64,000 nt of DNA from Mobula hypostoma. Its lineage: Eukaryota. The notes beneath the pieces were generated by a model. That model worked only from the letters and a program-made list of their open reading frames with translations. It was not told the origin of the DNA and ran no database searches. The translations under genes were made by a program, and so were the position numbers. The number at the start of each line of letters is the position of its first letter. The stretch's first letter is position 1. Below, one piece after another: positions 12,575-24,619 of the stretch. The stretch lies in the NCBI RefSeq assembly GCF_963921235.1, contig NC_086097.1, forward strand, positions 186,870,001 to 186,934,000, in the 5' to 3' direction.

Positions 12575-13385
12575 GTGTATAGCTCATTGAAGTGACCACA
12601 ACACGAAAAGAAAACAGCATAAAAACAACAAGAATATCAAACCCCAAATCTCCAGTCCACCAATCAGCAACAAGAAAGAATGGGCAAGAACACAAAATAG
12701 AACATAGAACTGATAGAAGCCGATATGAACCACAGTTAGTTTGGAATACAGTGTATTCCATAAATCCCAGAATTTCAATAAAATCTCCGAGAGCTTCGGG
12801 GAACAGCGACTCCTCTGAGCACAGCAACACGATCTGAGGGCAGTGACTCAAATCAGTAGCCCCACCGATGGCAACGACTCATACCAGCGGCCCCTCCGAG
12901 GGCAGCGACTTGAACCGGCGGCCTCTCTGAGGGCAGCGACTCGAACCAGCGGCCTCTCTGAGGGCCGTGACTCAAACCAGCGGCCTCTCCGAGGGCCGTG
13001 ACTCGAACCAGCGGTCCCTCCGAGGGCAGCGACTCGAACCAGCGGCCTCACCAAGAAACGCTCACTCTCCTCTGCATTTGTCTCAATGTTTCAATCTTCT
13101 TTGCTTTAATCAGCGAGAAATTTGATCGATTATCCCCCTCCTTCTCGTCTCTGAGCTTCTCCTTGTGGTAGTTTGTGCTCCTATTTCTCTCGTGGAGTTT
13201 TCTTGGGGACAGTAGAGCGCTAGCTCACTCGATCAAACTACAGACCGTAAGACAGAGATTCCAACAGTTTCAAAAACAAAATTAAGATAAAAGAATAAGT
13301 AGAAAACGTGGAAAAACTAAAATGATTGACGGTCCAGAAGATGGTGCTCGAGGAAATATTGTTTGCTGGCGCCATCTTGACCAGA
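12575..13385 (-). repeat. Non-autonomous repeat with CAAGATGGCG 5' end, containing a minisatellite
   Basis: cgccatcttg at 13370-13379. Related to 20566-21296. Confidence 0.55.
12837..13052. repeat. 31-bp GC/CpG-rich minisatellite, about 7 copies
   Basis: Unit GAGGGCAGCGACTCGAACCAGCGGCCTCTCC repeated head-to-tail with no spacers. Confidence 0.95.
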
Positions 13386-13389
13386 AAAT

Positions 13390-13840
13390 TATAGTCAGTG
13401 GGGTGACTTGAAGCGTAGCATGAGAACAAAATAGATGATGAATAAGGGTTGAAACTCTTATATTTGAATGCACGCAGTATAATGAATGATGTACTCGAGC
13501 TTGTCGCCATGTAAATGGGATTGTCAGCAGTGACGTTGTTGGCATCACTGAGTAATTGCTGAAAGGAGATCACATCTGGGAGCTTAACATCCAAGGATAC
13601 ACATTGTATCCAAAGGACAGACAGATGGGCAGAGGGGTTAAGGAAGCTCTGTTGGTAAAAATTAAAATCAAATCCTTAGAAAGAGGTGACATAGGATTGG
13701 AAGATGTAGAATCGTTGTGGTTAGAGTTAAGAAACTGCATGGGCAAAAAAACCCTAATGGGAGAAATATACAGGCCTCCAAACAGTAGCCAGGATGTGGG
13801 ACACGTATTACAATGGGAGAAAGAAAAGGCATGTAAAAAG
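13390..13840 (+). mobile_element. Old CR1 ORF2 endonuclease fragment
   Basis: YLNARSI...ELNIQGYTLY...ESLWLELRN...IYRPPN. Confidence 0.8.
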
Positions 13841-16465
13841 TTCCAAGTAAATTTATTATCAAATTACGTATATGACACTATATACAAACCTGAGATTAAT
13901 TTTCTTGTGGCATTCACAGTAAATATAAGAAACACAAGAGATGTAAACACAAGTATACATGAAGAAGTGGTAAATTGGATTAGACATTGGCTCAGTGGAA
14001 GAAACCAAAGAGTGGTAGTAGAGAATTGCTTCTCCGAGTGGAGGCCTGTGACTGGTGGTGTGCCACAGGGATCGGTGCTGGGTCCATTGTTATTTGTCAT
14101 CTATATCAATGATCTGGGTGATAATGTGGTAAATTGGATCAGCAAATTTGCTGATGATACAAAGATTGGAGGTGTAGTAGACAGTGAGGAAGGTTTTCAG
14201 AGCCTGCAGAGGGACTTGGACCAGCTGGAAAAATGGGCTGAAAAATGGCAGATGGAGTTTAATACTGACAAGTGTGAGGTATTGCACTTGGGAAGGACAA
14301 ACCAAGGTAGAACATACAGGGTTAATGGTAAGGCACTGAGAAGTGCAGTGGAACAGAGGGATCTGGGAATACAGATACAAGATTCCCTAAAAGTGGCGTC
14401 ACAGGTAGATACGGTCGTAAAGAGAGCTTTTGGTACATTGGCCTTTATTAATCAAACTATTGAGTATAAGAGCTGGAATGTTATGATAAGGTTGTATAAG
14501 GCATTGATGAGGCCGAATCTGGAGTATTGTGTTCAGTTTTGGTCACCAAATTACAGGAAGGATATAAATAAGGTTGAAAGAATGCAGAGAAGGTTTACAA
14601 GGATGTTGCCGGGACTTGAGGAACTCAGTTACAGAGGAAGGTTGAATAGGTTAAGACTTTATTCCCTACAGCTTAGAAGAATGAGGGGAGATTTGATAGA
14701 GGTATATAAAATTATGATGGGTATAGATAGAGTGAATGCAAGCAGGCTTTTTCCACTGAGGCAAGGGGAGAAAAAAACCAGAAGACCTGGGTTAAGGGTG
14801 AGGGGGGAAAAGTTTAAAGGGAACATTAGTGGGGGCTTCTTCACGCAGAGAGTGGTGGGAGTATGGAATGAGCTGCCAGATGAGGTGGTAACTGCAGGTT
14901 CTTTTTTAACATTTAAGAATAAATTGGACAGATACATGGATGGGAGGTGTTTGGAGGGATATGGTCCATGTGCAGGTCAGTGGAACTAGGCAGAAGATGG
15001 TTTCGGCATAGCCAAGAAGGGCCAAAAGGCCTGTTTCTGTGCTGTAGTTTTTCTATGGTTTCTATGTAATAAAAGTTGGCCGCAACAGGACAAACAATCA
15101 ATGTACAAAAGGCAGCAAACTGTGAAAATGCAAAAAGGAAACATAAAAACAATAATGATAATAATAAATAGACAATAAATGTTGAGAACATGAGATATAA
15201 TGTCCTTGAAAGTGAGTCTATAGGTTGTGGGAATAATTTAGTGATCAAGCAAGTGAAGCTGAGCTATCAAGGGCCATCAGTTCTCAAGGGCCTGGTGGTT
15301 GATAGGCAATGAACCTGCTGCTGTGGGTCCTGAGGCTCCTGTAGCTTCTTCCTGATAGCAACAGCTAGAAGAGAGCATGGTTTGGATACTGAGAGTCCTT
15401 GATAATGGATGTGCTTAATGGCGGGGAGGGCTTTATCCATGATGGATTGGGCTGTATCCACTACTTTTTATAGGAGTTTCCATTCAACGACATTAGTGTT
15501 TCCATACCAGGCTGTGATACAACCAGTCAATATTCCCTCCACCACACATCTATAGAAGTTTGTCAAAGTTTTAGTTGTCATGCCAAATCTTTGCAAACTA
15601 CTAAGAGAGGTCCTGCTGTGATTTCTACTTAATGGCACTTATGTGCTGGGCCAGGATAGAACCTTTGAAATACAACACTGAGGAATTTAAAGTTGCTGAC
15701 ACTCTCCACCTCTGATCCCCCATTGAGACCTGGCTCATGGACCTCAGTTTCTTCCTCCTGCAGTCAATAATCAGCTTCTTGGTCTTGCTGACTGGGTGAA
15801 AGATCATAGTTGTGACACCACTCAGCCTACTTTCAATCTCCGTCCTATATGCTGACTTGTCACCACCTTTATTTTGGCCAATGACAATGGTGTCATCAGC
15901 AAATTTAAATATGGCATTGGAGCAGTGCATAGCCTCACAGTCATAAGTATAAAGCACATAGAGCAGGGAGCTAAGCACACAGCCTTGCGGGACACCTGTG
16001 TTGATGGAAATTGTGGAGGGTATGTTGTTGTTTCTCTGAACTGACTAGGGTCTGCATCTGAGGAAACTGAGGATCCAGTTGCACAAGGATGTATTGGGGC
16101 CAAGGTCTTAAAGGTTATTGGTTAATTTTGAGGGGTTGATAGCATTGAATGCCAAGATATAGACAATGAAGAGCATCCTGATGTATGCATCTTCACTGTC
16201 CTGATGTTCCAGAGTTGAGTGAAGAGCTAATGAAATAGCATCTGCCGTTGACTGGTTGTGATGGTAGGCAAATTGGAGCAGACTGAAGTTGCTTCTCAGG
16301 CAGAAGTTGATGTGTTTCATCACCAACCTCTCAAACCACCTCATCACTGTGGATGTAAGTGCTACTGGATGATAGTCATTCAGGCAGGTTACCACTTTCT
16401 TCTCAGCACCGGAATATTAGAAGACTGCTTGAAACAGGTGGGTACCTCAGACTGCTGAAGTGAAA
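13841..16465 (-). mobile_element. Rex1/Babar-like LINE 3' half, interrupted by a CR1
   Basis: CLNDYHPVALTS..RWFERLV, QFAY, IRMLFI, FKFADDT. The 3' tail lies at 13841-13950 and 15067-15260. Confidence 0.8.
13955..15066 (+). mobile_element. Younger 5'-truncated CR1 (RT C-terminal half open)
   Basis: GVPQGSVLGPLLF, KFADDTK and LEYCVQFWSP are open to the stop at 14989. Tail TTCTATGGTTTCTATG. Confidence 0.92.
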
Positions 16466-16479
16466 GGTTAAAGATATCG

Positions 16480-16850
16480 CTGAATACTCCAGCCTCTTAC
16501 CAGTTAGCCAATCTTCTATCCACGTTAGTATCTGTTCTGTAATTCCATCGGCTCTTAACATGTTAAGCAGCATTATGTGTGGTATCCTGTCAAAGGCCTT
16601 CTGAAAATTCAAGTGAACACCATCAATTGACTCTCTTTTGCCTATCCTGCCTATTATTTCCTCAAAGAATTCTGAGAGATCTGTTAGGAAACATTTCTTC
16701 TTAAGGAAACCATGCAGACTTCGATCTATTTTATCATGTGCATTGGAGTACAATGAAACCTCAGTAATCAACTCCAACAATTCCTAGCCACTGAAGTCAG
16801 GCCTAATTGGTCTATAATTTCCTTTCTTTTGCCTCTCTCCCTTCTTAAAC
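16480..16850 (-). mobile_element. CR1 RT fragment
   Basis: HGFLKKKCFLTDL...FQKAFDRIPH. Confidence 0.75.
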
Positions 16851-16949
16851 AATAACGATTATTATTATAAGATTCTACTAGCTCTATTGCACCTTTCTTT
16901 TTATAGAACATTAAACGTAACGAAAGGTGCAAGAGAGCTAGTAGAATAT

Positions 16950-19906
16950 TGTGACGAGCATTCAGATGAGAAAAGCTCGTTTATATTAACTGAGATTTTT
17001 TTTTTGCGATAAGCACAAAAGAAATAAACCGAGCGCTAGAACCTGGGGGGCGGGGGGGAACCTTCTCAGTAACATACAGACATGGAATGTGATTATTACC
17101 CACCCTGGTTACAGTCAGTGCGACCCACAAACACGCATGCAAATAACTGTATAACCCAAGCTAAAATGTAGCAATAAATGAACTTAAACATCCCACCATT
17201 ATCCCACAAAAGCATTTTAAAACAGGAACAATAAATAGTGCTGGCCACTAGGAATGCCATCCCTGGCAACCCCAGAGTGTGCAACAAAGTCCAACAGTCC
17301 TGGTGGTGGTCAACGCCGGCACCTGGGGCTGCATGGGCTATCTGTAGTACCCCCATGGGAGGCACTGTTTGGTGAGGCAAGAGACAGGGCACCCGGAGTG
17401 TCACTTCTTGCCTTCAGCATCGCCAAGGGCCGATATGGTGCCAGTCATTGCCGGTTCAGCACGACTGCCTTCTGTCTCTCAGGCAACTGCACCCAGTATA
17501 CCTATCGGAGATGTGGTTGAGCACATCTCCCGGCCCTTTCCAGTCGCTTTCAAGCTTAGGGGATAGTCCCTTCTTCCAGGTGGGGCAGTAGACCCATACT
17601 GGGGCTCCCACCAGGTACTGCTGCATTGGCGACCCAGGCTGGTGGTCCAGCCCCTTCTAGGATGTGCAGGCATCACAGTTATGCACAAACAGCTCCATGC
17701 CCTGCCTGCAGAAGCAATTGCACGGTTTGCCCAATGTCTTTGCAGCCCCGAGGTGACTGGCCCTCCCCAGTCCATGCACTGACCACAGCACCTTGGCACA
17801 GATCTACCAGGGCACCACCAGCTGCAGGAGATGCCTGTTGTCATCAGAAAACTTCCACCTCCAGCCGGAATGGCAACCCATCGTATATCTCCAGTGTAAC
17901 CCACTGAGACCCTAGGGCTTTGGTCTCTGGAGACCTCTGCCCACTCTGGCCAGCGTCCCATGCTCAGCCATCCCCTCACCCGGGCTCGCCTGCTTTCTGC
18001 ACAGCTGTTGGCCAACGGTGGGGAAGCCACTTGAAGCACTAGCACCACCGCTTGCTCCTGGTTCTGCTGTGATGCATTGGGCCACTGCAGGATGTGCTGC
18101 ACTGCTGCAGGCAGTTGTGAGACCAGCGGTTTGTTGCTGCCCCTGCTGGGTCTGCTTTAAGGAGCTGCCCTGCCAGAGAGCCACGGCTTCAGTGTCAAGG
18201 TAGAGTGTTGCTCCCAGCACATCCACACGGGTCCCTACTGCGATGTGCAGCCACCTCTTCCCTCTCATCACCACGCAGTCACCAGAGGCTGTAACCAGAT
18301 AGACAGACCACACAGGCAGTGATGACTGGTCCGTGTTGGAGAGGACACCCGGATGGATGACGGTGATGGTTAACCCCGTGTCCACCGATGCACGGCATCT
18401 TATGCCCTCCATCACACAGTCCACAGAGACGCCTTGCTCTTCACCCAAATTGCCCACCTGGAGAGGCGACAATGGAGGGATTCTGCTGGAGGTCTCAGGT
18501 GATGCCGCCCCATCGATGTTTCCTGATGGCTGCACTGGGCTGTGCCGTGGCCCCTGGTGCAGTGCAGTCCCAGGCCAAACGGGCTGCTTCGCTGCAGCGG
18601 TAGCAGAGATCACACCGGGGCAGGCAATGGGACCGGTGCAGCACTGGTCGGACCTGTCTCATGGGCTCCGCCTCTGCCTCGAGGACACAAGCCCGCGCTT
18701 GCAGCCTGCAAGGTTACACTGGAACATTGGGGGGCTGAAATTGCTTCTGCTCTCTCCACCTCTGCCAGCAATAATGGTAATTTCAGGCGAACATGCTGCC
18801 GAAGGCACTCCAATGTCAGCGCCTCTACGAAGGCATGGAGGGCAAGCTCTTCCCTGGGCCACGGGAGGGAACTGGGAGTAGCCATGCCGAGTACAGTAGT
18901 GGAGATCTGCTGCAAATGCCACCAGGCTTCCTACCTGCTGCCCAGTTCTTCCCTTATTGGTTTATCCACTGGTCTCTGCTCAAAGAGCTGCTCCCGTACC
19001 ACTATGAGGGCCATGTGGTCACACTGCTCAGTCGGCATTATGTTGAGGAGGGCTCGCAGGGCATACCCCCCAGAGCCAGGGCAAGGTGCACCGCCATCTT
19101 GGTGGGGCTGCACCTGTTATTTCATGTGGCAAGTTTGACTTGCACTAGGTAAGGCCCCAGGTGGCTGGTACCATTGTATCTGGGAGCTTCAGAGTGGACC
19201 ACGTGGCATGAATTGCTGAGGCCTGTTGTTCTTCCTCTTGCTCTGGCTGTGTCGGTGGTGCCTGCCATGTTGCTAGTCCTCCCATGGCTGCTGAATCTTG
19301 GGTTCCCTGATGAGGGCCACAAGGGAGACAGGTGATGAGCTCCACCATGTCCCCTGGGTTGGGGAGCCTGAGTATGCTCACCCTGTCGGAGTTCCCTGGG
19401 AAGGCACGATGCTTGGTTCCCACGTCCTCCCTCTGGGTCAGTGTCCCGTCTTTGGGAGCCTGCCCTGGGAGTGCGGGTGAGTCATACTGCTCGGTCCCTC
19501 AACTTATTCCACAGGTCTTAAGGTGCTCCACGTGGTCAAAGCTCTTCAATCTCGTCATCAATTTCTAACCTCACTCCTGACACCAATGTGGTGAGCATTT
19601 GGTCAATGATGACAGAAGTGAGAAACTCATTTAGGTCAACTGCTGGTTTTATTGTGACAGATGGGGGAGGTGATTATTACACACCCTGGTTACAGTCAGT
19701 GTGACCCACAAACACGCATGTGAATAACTGTATAACCCAGGCTAAAATGTAACAATAAATGAACTTGAACATCCCACCATAATCCCACAAAAGCAGTTTG
19801 AAACAAGAACAATAAGTAGTGCTGGCCACTAGGAATGCTGGGGTGGGCCATCGACCACTCCCCTCCCATAACCCCCCCCCCCCACACCACCTGCCGGAGC
19901 ACAACA
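16950..19906 (-). mobile_element. Gypsy/Ty3-type LTR retrotransposon, internally deleted (gag, protease, pol remnants)
   Basis: LTR-like direct repeats ~16950-17258 and 19587-19906, near-identical over 17090-17257 vs 19671-19838. TG...CA ends, 4-bp TSD ATAT (16946-16949, 19907-19910), protease ASVDTG, gag HAFVEAL...LRQHVRL. Confidence 0.88.
19572..19585 (-). promoter_or_regulatory. Primer-binding site, tRNA-Leu type
   Basis: TGGTGTCAGGAGTG lies 1 nt inside the 5' LTR. It is complementary to the ...CACTCCTGACACCA 3' end of vertebrate tRNA-Leu(CAG) as recalled. Confidence 0.75.
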
Positions 19907-20565
19907 ATATAAAACAGGATACAACACAACCAACAGATGAATATGAAACATGAGATTTCAACAAGCAATGAAAATAGATTATAGTATGATAAAGGAAAAA
20001 CTTTTGACAGAATTTACTTAAGAAAATCTGTCAAACAGAGCTTGATAGTAAAAACACAACAAAGGCAATAAACGCTTTCACTATATTCATATTAAACGTA
20101 TTCTTTTGGCATAATATCTCGGTCAAAAACAGATCTGGAAAATCTTCAAAGAAATATAAGAATAGGGATAACAGTTTTTAGAACACACAAAAGCACTTGG
20201 ATTAACACCACCTAGGACAGAAGGAGGAAGAGGGATAACAGACATAAAAAAATTTACACGTCAGATAAAACTTCTATGGATATTTTCATCAACAACAACT
20301 AGATTCAGCACTTTATATGAGCACTTGCATTTTTGATAAGAAGTTTACACCACTGAACTTAAATGAAAGCACAACCCAGAAAAATGAAGAACTTATCGCA
20401 ACAGGAAAAAAAAGTTAACCAATAGAAGAGCATGACACTCCATGGAAGATATCCTCACAACTTGAGCTGACTAGATGTCGACAAGAAAGTGTTGAATGCC
20501 TGGCTCAGATTTGGAAATCTCTTCCCGTAACAAAAGGGTTCCTTGTGGTAATACAGGACCTGATG

Positions 20566-21296
20566 GTTAAAGGTTCAAAAGTTCACTTACTGTCAAAGTA
20601 TACAACTCTGAATTTCTTCAGTTCTCCGGGTAGCTATGAAACTAAGAAAGAAAAGAAAGGCAACATGATCATCACCTCCAAATCCCGTCTCCCCCCCAAA
20701 ACAAACAAAGCAGAACAGTCACATCAACCCCCAATCCCTCTTCCCACACAAAAAACGAACAAAACAGATCAGGCAATCAACCCCCAAATCCCTCTTCCCG
20801 CATAAAAACTGAATGAAATGGATCAGGCACATCGATTGCTAAATCCTCTACCCCGCCTTGTCCTGCAGCCTTCCTGCTGCCTCTGCCTCCCGGAATCCTC
20901 TTAGAGACCGCAGACTGCTAGTCTGCGGTCTCCAAACAATCTCCAAATTTCTACACTTGCCTTGATGTTTCAATTGCCCTTGTCATTTTAATCGATGAAC
21001 AATGGAAGCTATAATCGGTGAAATGGGATCAAACATCAGCTCACACACCATCCTGCAGCCTTCTTGACACGAGGCTCACCCATGCTGACTCTACCTCCCA
21101 AAATCCTCTTGGAGACTGCAGAATACTGAAGAACCCAAACAATCTCCAAAGAGCAAACACAGGATCCGACAGTTCCAGAATCACATTCAAGTCTAGAGAC
21201 AAGTGTAAAATGCATAAAAGTGAAAAATTTGGTTACATGATCTATCCAGAAGGTGTCGACCAGAAGAGTGTTGTAGGCAGGCACCATCTTGACCGC
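20566..21296 (-). repeat. Non-autonomous repeat (CGGTCAAGATGG 5' end) inserted in the R4-like LINE
   Basis: Splits the R4 motif IQD...NTKNY. Flanked by ttaa. Internal ~55-bp repeats at 20690-20830. Confidence 0.6.
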
Positions 21297-21934
21297 CACT
21301 TTAACACAAAAATTATCAAAATTACATAATAAAAAACCAACAAGTTCAAGACAATAAATGCAGAAAATGCAGAAACAATCCACCACATTACAGGATCCTG
21401 CAACAGTTTAACTCAATCTGATTACTTACAAAAGCACAACCAATTGGCAAACATCTTTCACCAAAATCTTGCTTTAAAAAACAAACTCATAAAAGACACC
21501 ATATCTTACTATAAAAGCAAACCTGATCCAGTTTTAGAGTCAGATTCCTACAAATATATTACAACCAATCCATTAGTACAGATAGGGCAATCCATAATAA
21601 CCGTCCGAATATAATATCACAGGATAAAAAAGCAAGACCCACGTACTTAATAGATATAGCCATCCCAAACACACATAACGAACAGAAATCATTAAGTGAA
21701 AAACACCAGAAATATGCTGAACTAAAAAGGAAATTGTAAGACTATGGAATGTAAGCAGGATATGTATTGACCCAATAGTAATATCTACAACTATTAATAT
21801 CTATTACTATTACCAAAGTCACCACACAATAGCATTATTCAACTGGGCCTCCACAGCATTATTTATGTAAATCTGCAGAAATACTAAACACCATTAGAAT
21901 AGTCAGAATCAGAATGAGGTTTATTGTCACTGAA

Positions 21935-22105
21935 TACGAGGAAATGTGCTGATGCTGGAAATTCAAGCAACACACACAAAAAATGCTGGTGAACGAAGCA
22001 GGCCAGGCAGCATCTATAGGAAGAGGTACAGTCAACGTTTCGGGCCGAGACCCTTCGTCAGGACTAACTGAAAGAAGTGATAGTAAGAGATTTGAAAGTG
22101 GGAGA
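21935..22105 (-). mobile_element. Penelope terminal-repeat fragment with hammerhead motif (22030-22065)
   Basis: AGTC-CTGACGA-AGGGTCTCGGCCC-GAAA-CGTT-GACT. Near-identical to 59403-59575. Confidence 0.8.
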
Positions 22106-23274
22106 CCACTTTTGAGAAAAACTTGGATAGGTATGGAGGGCTATGGTCTGGGTGTAGCTCATTGGGATAAGTCAAATTAATATTTTGGCATGGACTAGAT
22201 AGGCCAAAGTGCTTGTTTCTGTGCGGTAGTGTTCTGTGACTCTCTAACTATAATATTATTGTAAGTGAAATGGACTTATAAATCTCACTGTAAATAATTG
22301 GAAGTCAGAAAGTGTTAAGCTCTCTATGGACAGTTAATAGTTGACAGCAAAGTATTCAGGAAAAATAGATATTACAAACAGTAGTCCGGTGGATTTGAAA
22401 TTGCTGAGTTTCACTTAGATTGAAAGACAATCTGGTAAGACTGAATTATAATAGAAAGTGTTTGTAATTACTGACTGAACTGTAAGTCAGTGATACATGT
22501 ATAGAAATTGGACCATGAATTGGAGTGATATCATTGTCATGCAACACTTGTTTGGAGCATTGGCTCACATTTTTGTAATTTAGTTAAGTGTTTGGCCACT
22601 CAGAGAGAGCTATGTTCTCACAGTAACGCATGTTCACAATATCAAGTGGTAGCCAGGAGTCAGTAGTAAAGAATTCTAAACACTGTCAGGACCTGCAGGA
22701 TGTTATTGCCAGTTATCAGCATGAATGTGGCTGTGGTGCACTGCCATTTCTCCAGTTTGTCTTGGTGCTTTTGTGACAGACACACTGTGCAAGCAGGAGC
22801 TACAGAGATAAGGCACTGAGGGGAAACATAACCAAAGGGGAGTTCCTCATAAATCATTCCTAGTAGAGGTCTGTGACCACCTGCATGCAGAAGTAGAGCT
22901 TGTAGCTAAAACTGGTTGGCATTGCCTGTAATAAATGAAGGTGACAGACACTTCGAATGTGTGAACCTCTGAATTATTCCAGGTAGTGGCAGGTGACAGG
23001 TGATCCTGCCTATATTTCCCAGTTCACAACAGTAGGAAAGATTCAACTATTTTCAAAGGAAGTGTCTTGACCACATTTTACTGGAGCATAAACCAGCAGG
23101 ATGAGTGAGCAGACATATATGGAAGAATTGCACAAGAGGTGATAGACAACATTAATGTGACACTAATGCTTTTTTAGAAACCAGAGTTCTGAATGAGTTT
23201 CCTTCCCTAACTCACCCCTTGGTTCTCCATGAGAAAGCAAATCTTATGGGCAGCACCCTATTACTTCCATCATG

Positions 23275-24600
23275 GAGTCATGGAAAAGTACAGCACAGAA
23301 GCAGGCTCTTCAGCCCATCTAGTCCATGACAGAACCATTTAAACTGCCTACTCCCATCAACCTGCACCGCTCTACAGCGCTCGATACCCCTACCATCCAT
23401 GAACCTATCCAAAATTCACTTAAATGTTGAAACTGAGTTTGCATACAGCATTTGTGCTGGCAGCTTGTTCCACACTCCCATGACCCTCTGAATGAAGAAG
23501 TTTCCCCTCATCTTCCTCTTAAGGTCTTAAACTATGACCCCTGGTTGTAGTTCCACCTAATTTCAGTGGAAAAAGTCTCATTGCATTCACCCAATCTATA
23601 CCCCGCATAATTTTGTATGTCTTTATTAAATCTCCTCTCAATCTTCTGTGTTCTAAGGAATAAAGTCATAACCTGGACAACCTTTCCTATAACTCTGGTC
23701 CCCCAGACTTACTGCTGACTCAACCTGAAAATTAAGCTATAAGGAATCCTGCCCAGTGCCTTTCCACCTCTGATTTTTGAATTTTCTCCCCATTTAAAAA
23801 ACAGTCTATGCTTTTATTCCTCCTACCAACGTGCATGACCGCGCACATCCCTACACTATCTTCCATCTGCCAGTTCATTGTTCATTCACCTAATCTGCCT
23901 AAGCACGTCTACTAATTCCCTATTTCCTTAACACTACCTGTCCCTCCACCAATCTTTGTATTGTCCGCAAACTTGGCAACAAAGCCATCAATTCCATCAT
24001 CCAAATAATTGGCATATAGAGTGAAAAGAAGCGGTCCCAACACCACCCCCTGCAGAACACCAGCAGTCACCACACCAGCAGCCAATCAGAAAAGGCTCCA
24101 TTTAATCTCACGTTTGTGCCCCCTGCCAGTCAGTCTGTCTTCTGTCCATGCTAGTACCCTTCCTGCAATATTATGTTCTCATATCTTGTAAGCAGTTTCA
24201 AGTGAGGCTTCCAATAGGTTTGTCAGGCAAGGTTTTCCCTTTAAACTGACTTTGGCTTAATTTGTCGTGTATCTCCGAGTATCCGAAAACCTCAATAATG
24301 AACTCCAACATCTTACCAACCACTGAAATCAGGTTAAGTGGCCTATAATTTCCTTTCTTCTGCCTCCCCCCCTTATTAAAAAGTGGAGCGACATTTGCAA
24401 TTTCCCACTCCTCCAGAACCATTCCAGAATCTAGTGATTCTTGAAAGATCATTACTAATACCTCCACAATCTATTCAGCTACCTCTTTCAGGACCCTCTG
24501 GTCCAGGTGACTCATTTACCTTCAGAACTTCCAGCTTCTCAAGCACCTTCTCCCTAGTAATAGTAACTACACTCAATTCAGTTCCCTAGCACTCTCGAAT
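23275..24600 (-). mobile_element. CR1 fragments
   Basis: IFQESLDSG...GNYRP (ORF 24198-24467) and a CR1 3' end at 23275. Confidence 0.8.
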
Positions 24601-24619
24601 TTCTAGGCCTAGACCATGA

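Larger units (their letters stand above)
16872..21903 (+). mobile_element. R4/Dong-like (restriction-like endonuclease) non-LTR retrotransposon, degenerate, in pieces 16872-16949, 19907-20565 and 21297-21903
   Basis: Manual translation gives GGRGITDIK (~20223), HGRY, NAWL.FGNLFP..KGFLVVIQD, the CCHC-type CRKC...HITGSC (~21360-21400), and RLE-type NRPNII...YLIDIAIPN...EKHQKYAEL (~21600-21720). Confidence 0.75.

Noticed and set aside
12837..13052. CRISPR-like 31-bp repeats
   Set aside because: Head-to-tail with no unique spacers, no cas genes, and a eukaryotic context.
13556..14989. 477-aa ORF resembling an endonuclease-RT gene
   Set aside because: Chance in-frame fusion of an old CR1 APE piece, an antisense Rex-like tail (13841-13950) and a younger truncated CR1. 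It starts at a non-ATG codon.
17096..19568. Dense overlapping ORFs in a GC-rich island
   Set aside because: Explained by the GC-rich Gypsy interior. Only the gag and protease remnants are meaningful.
22560..23150. Unique-looking sequence as a possible exon or enhancer
   Set aside because: No recognisable protein, structure or convincing splice pair. It cannot be supported without conservation data.
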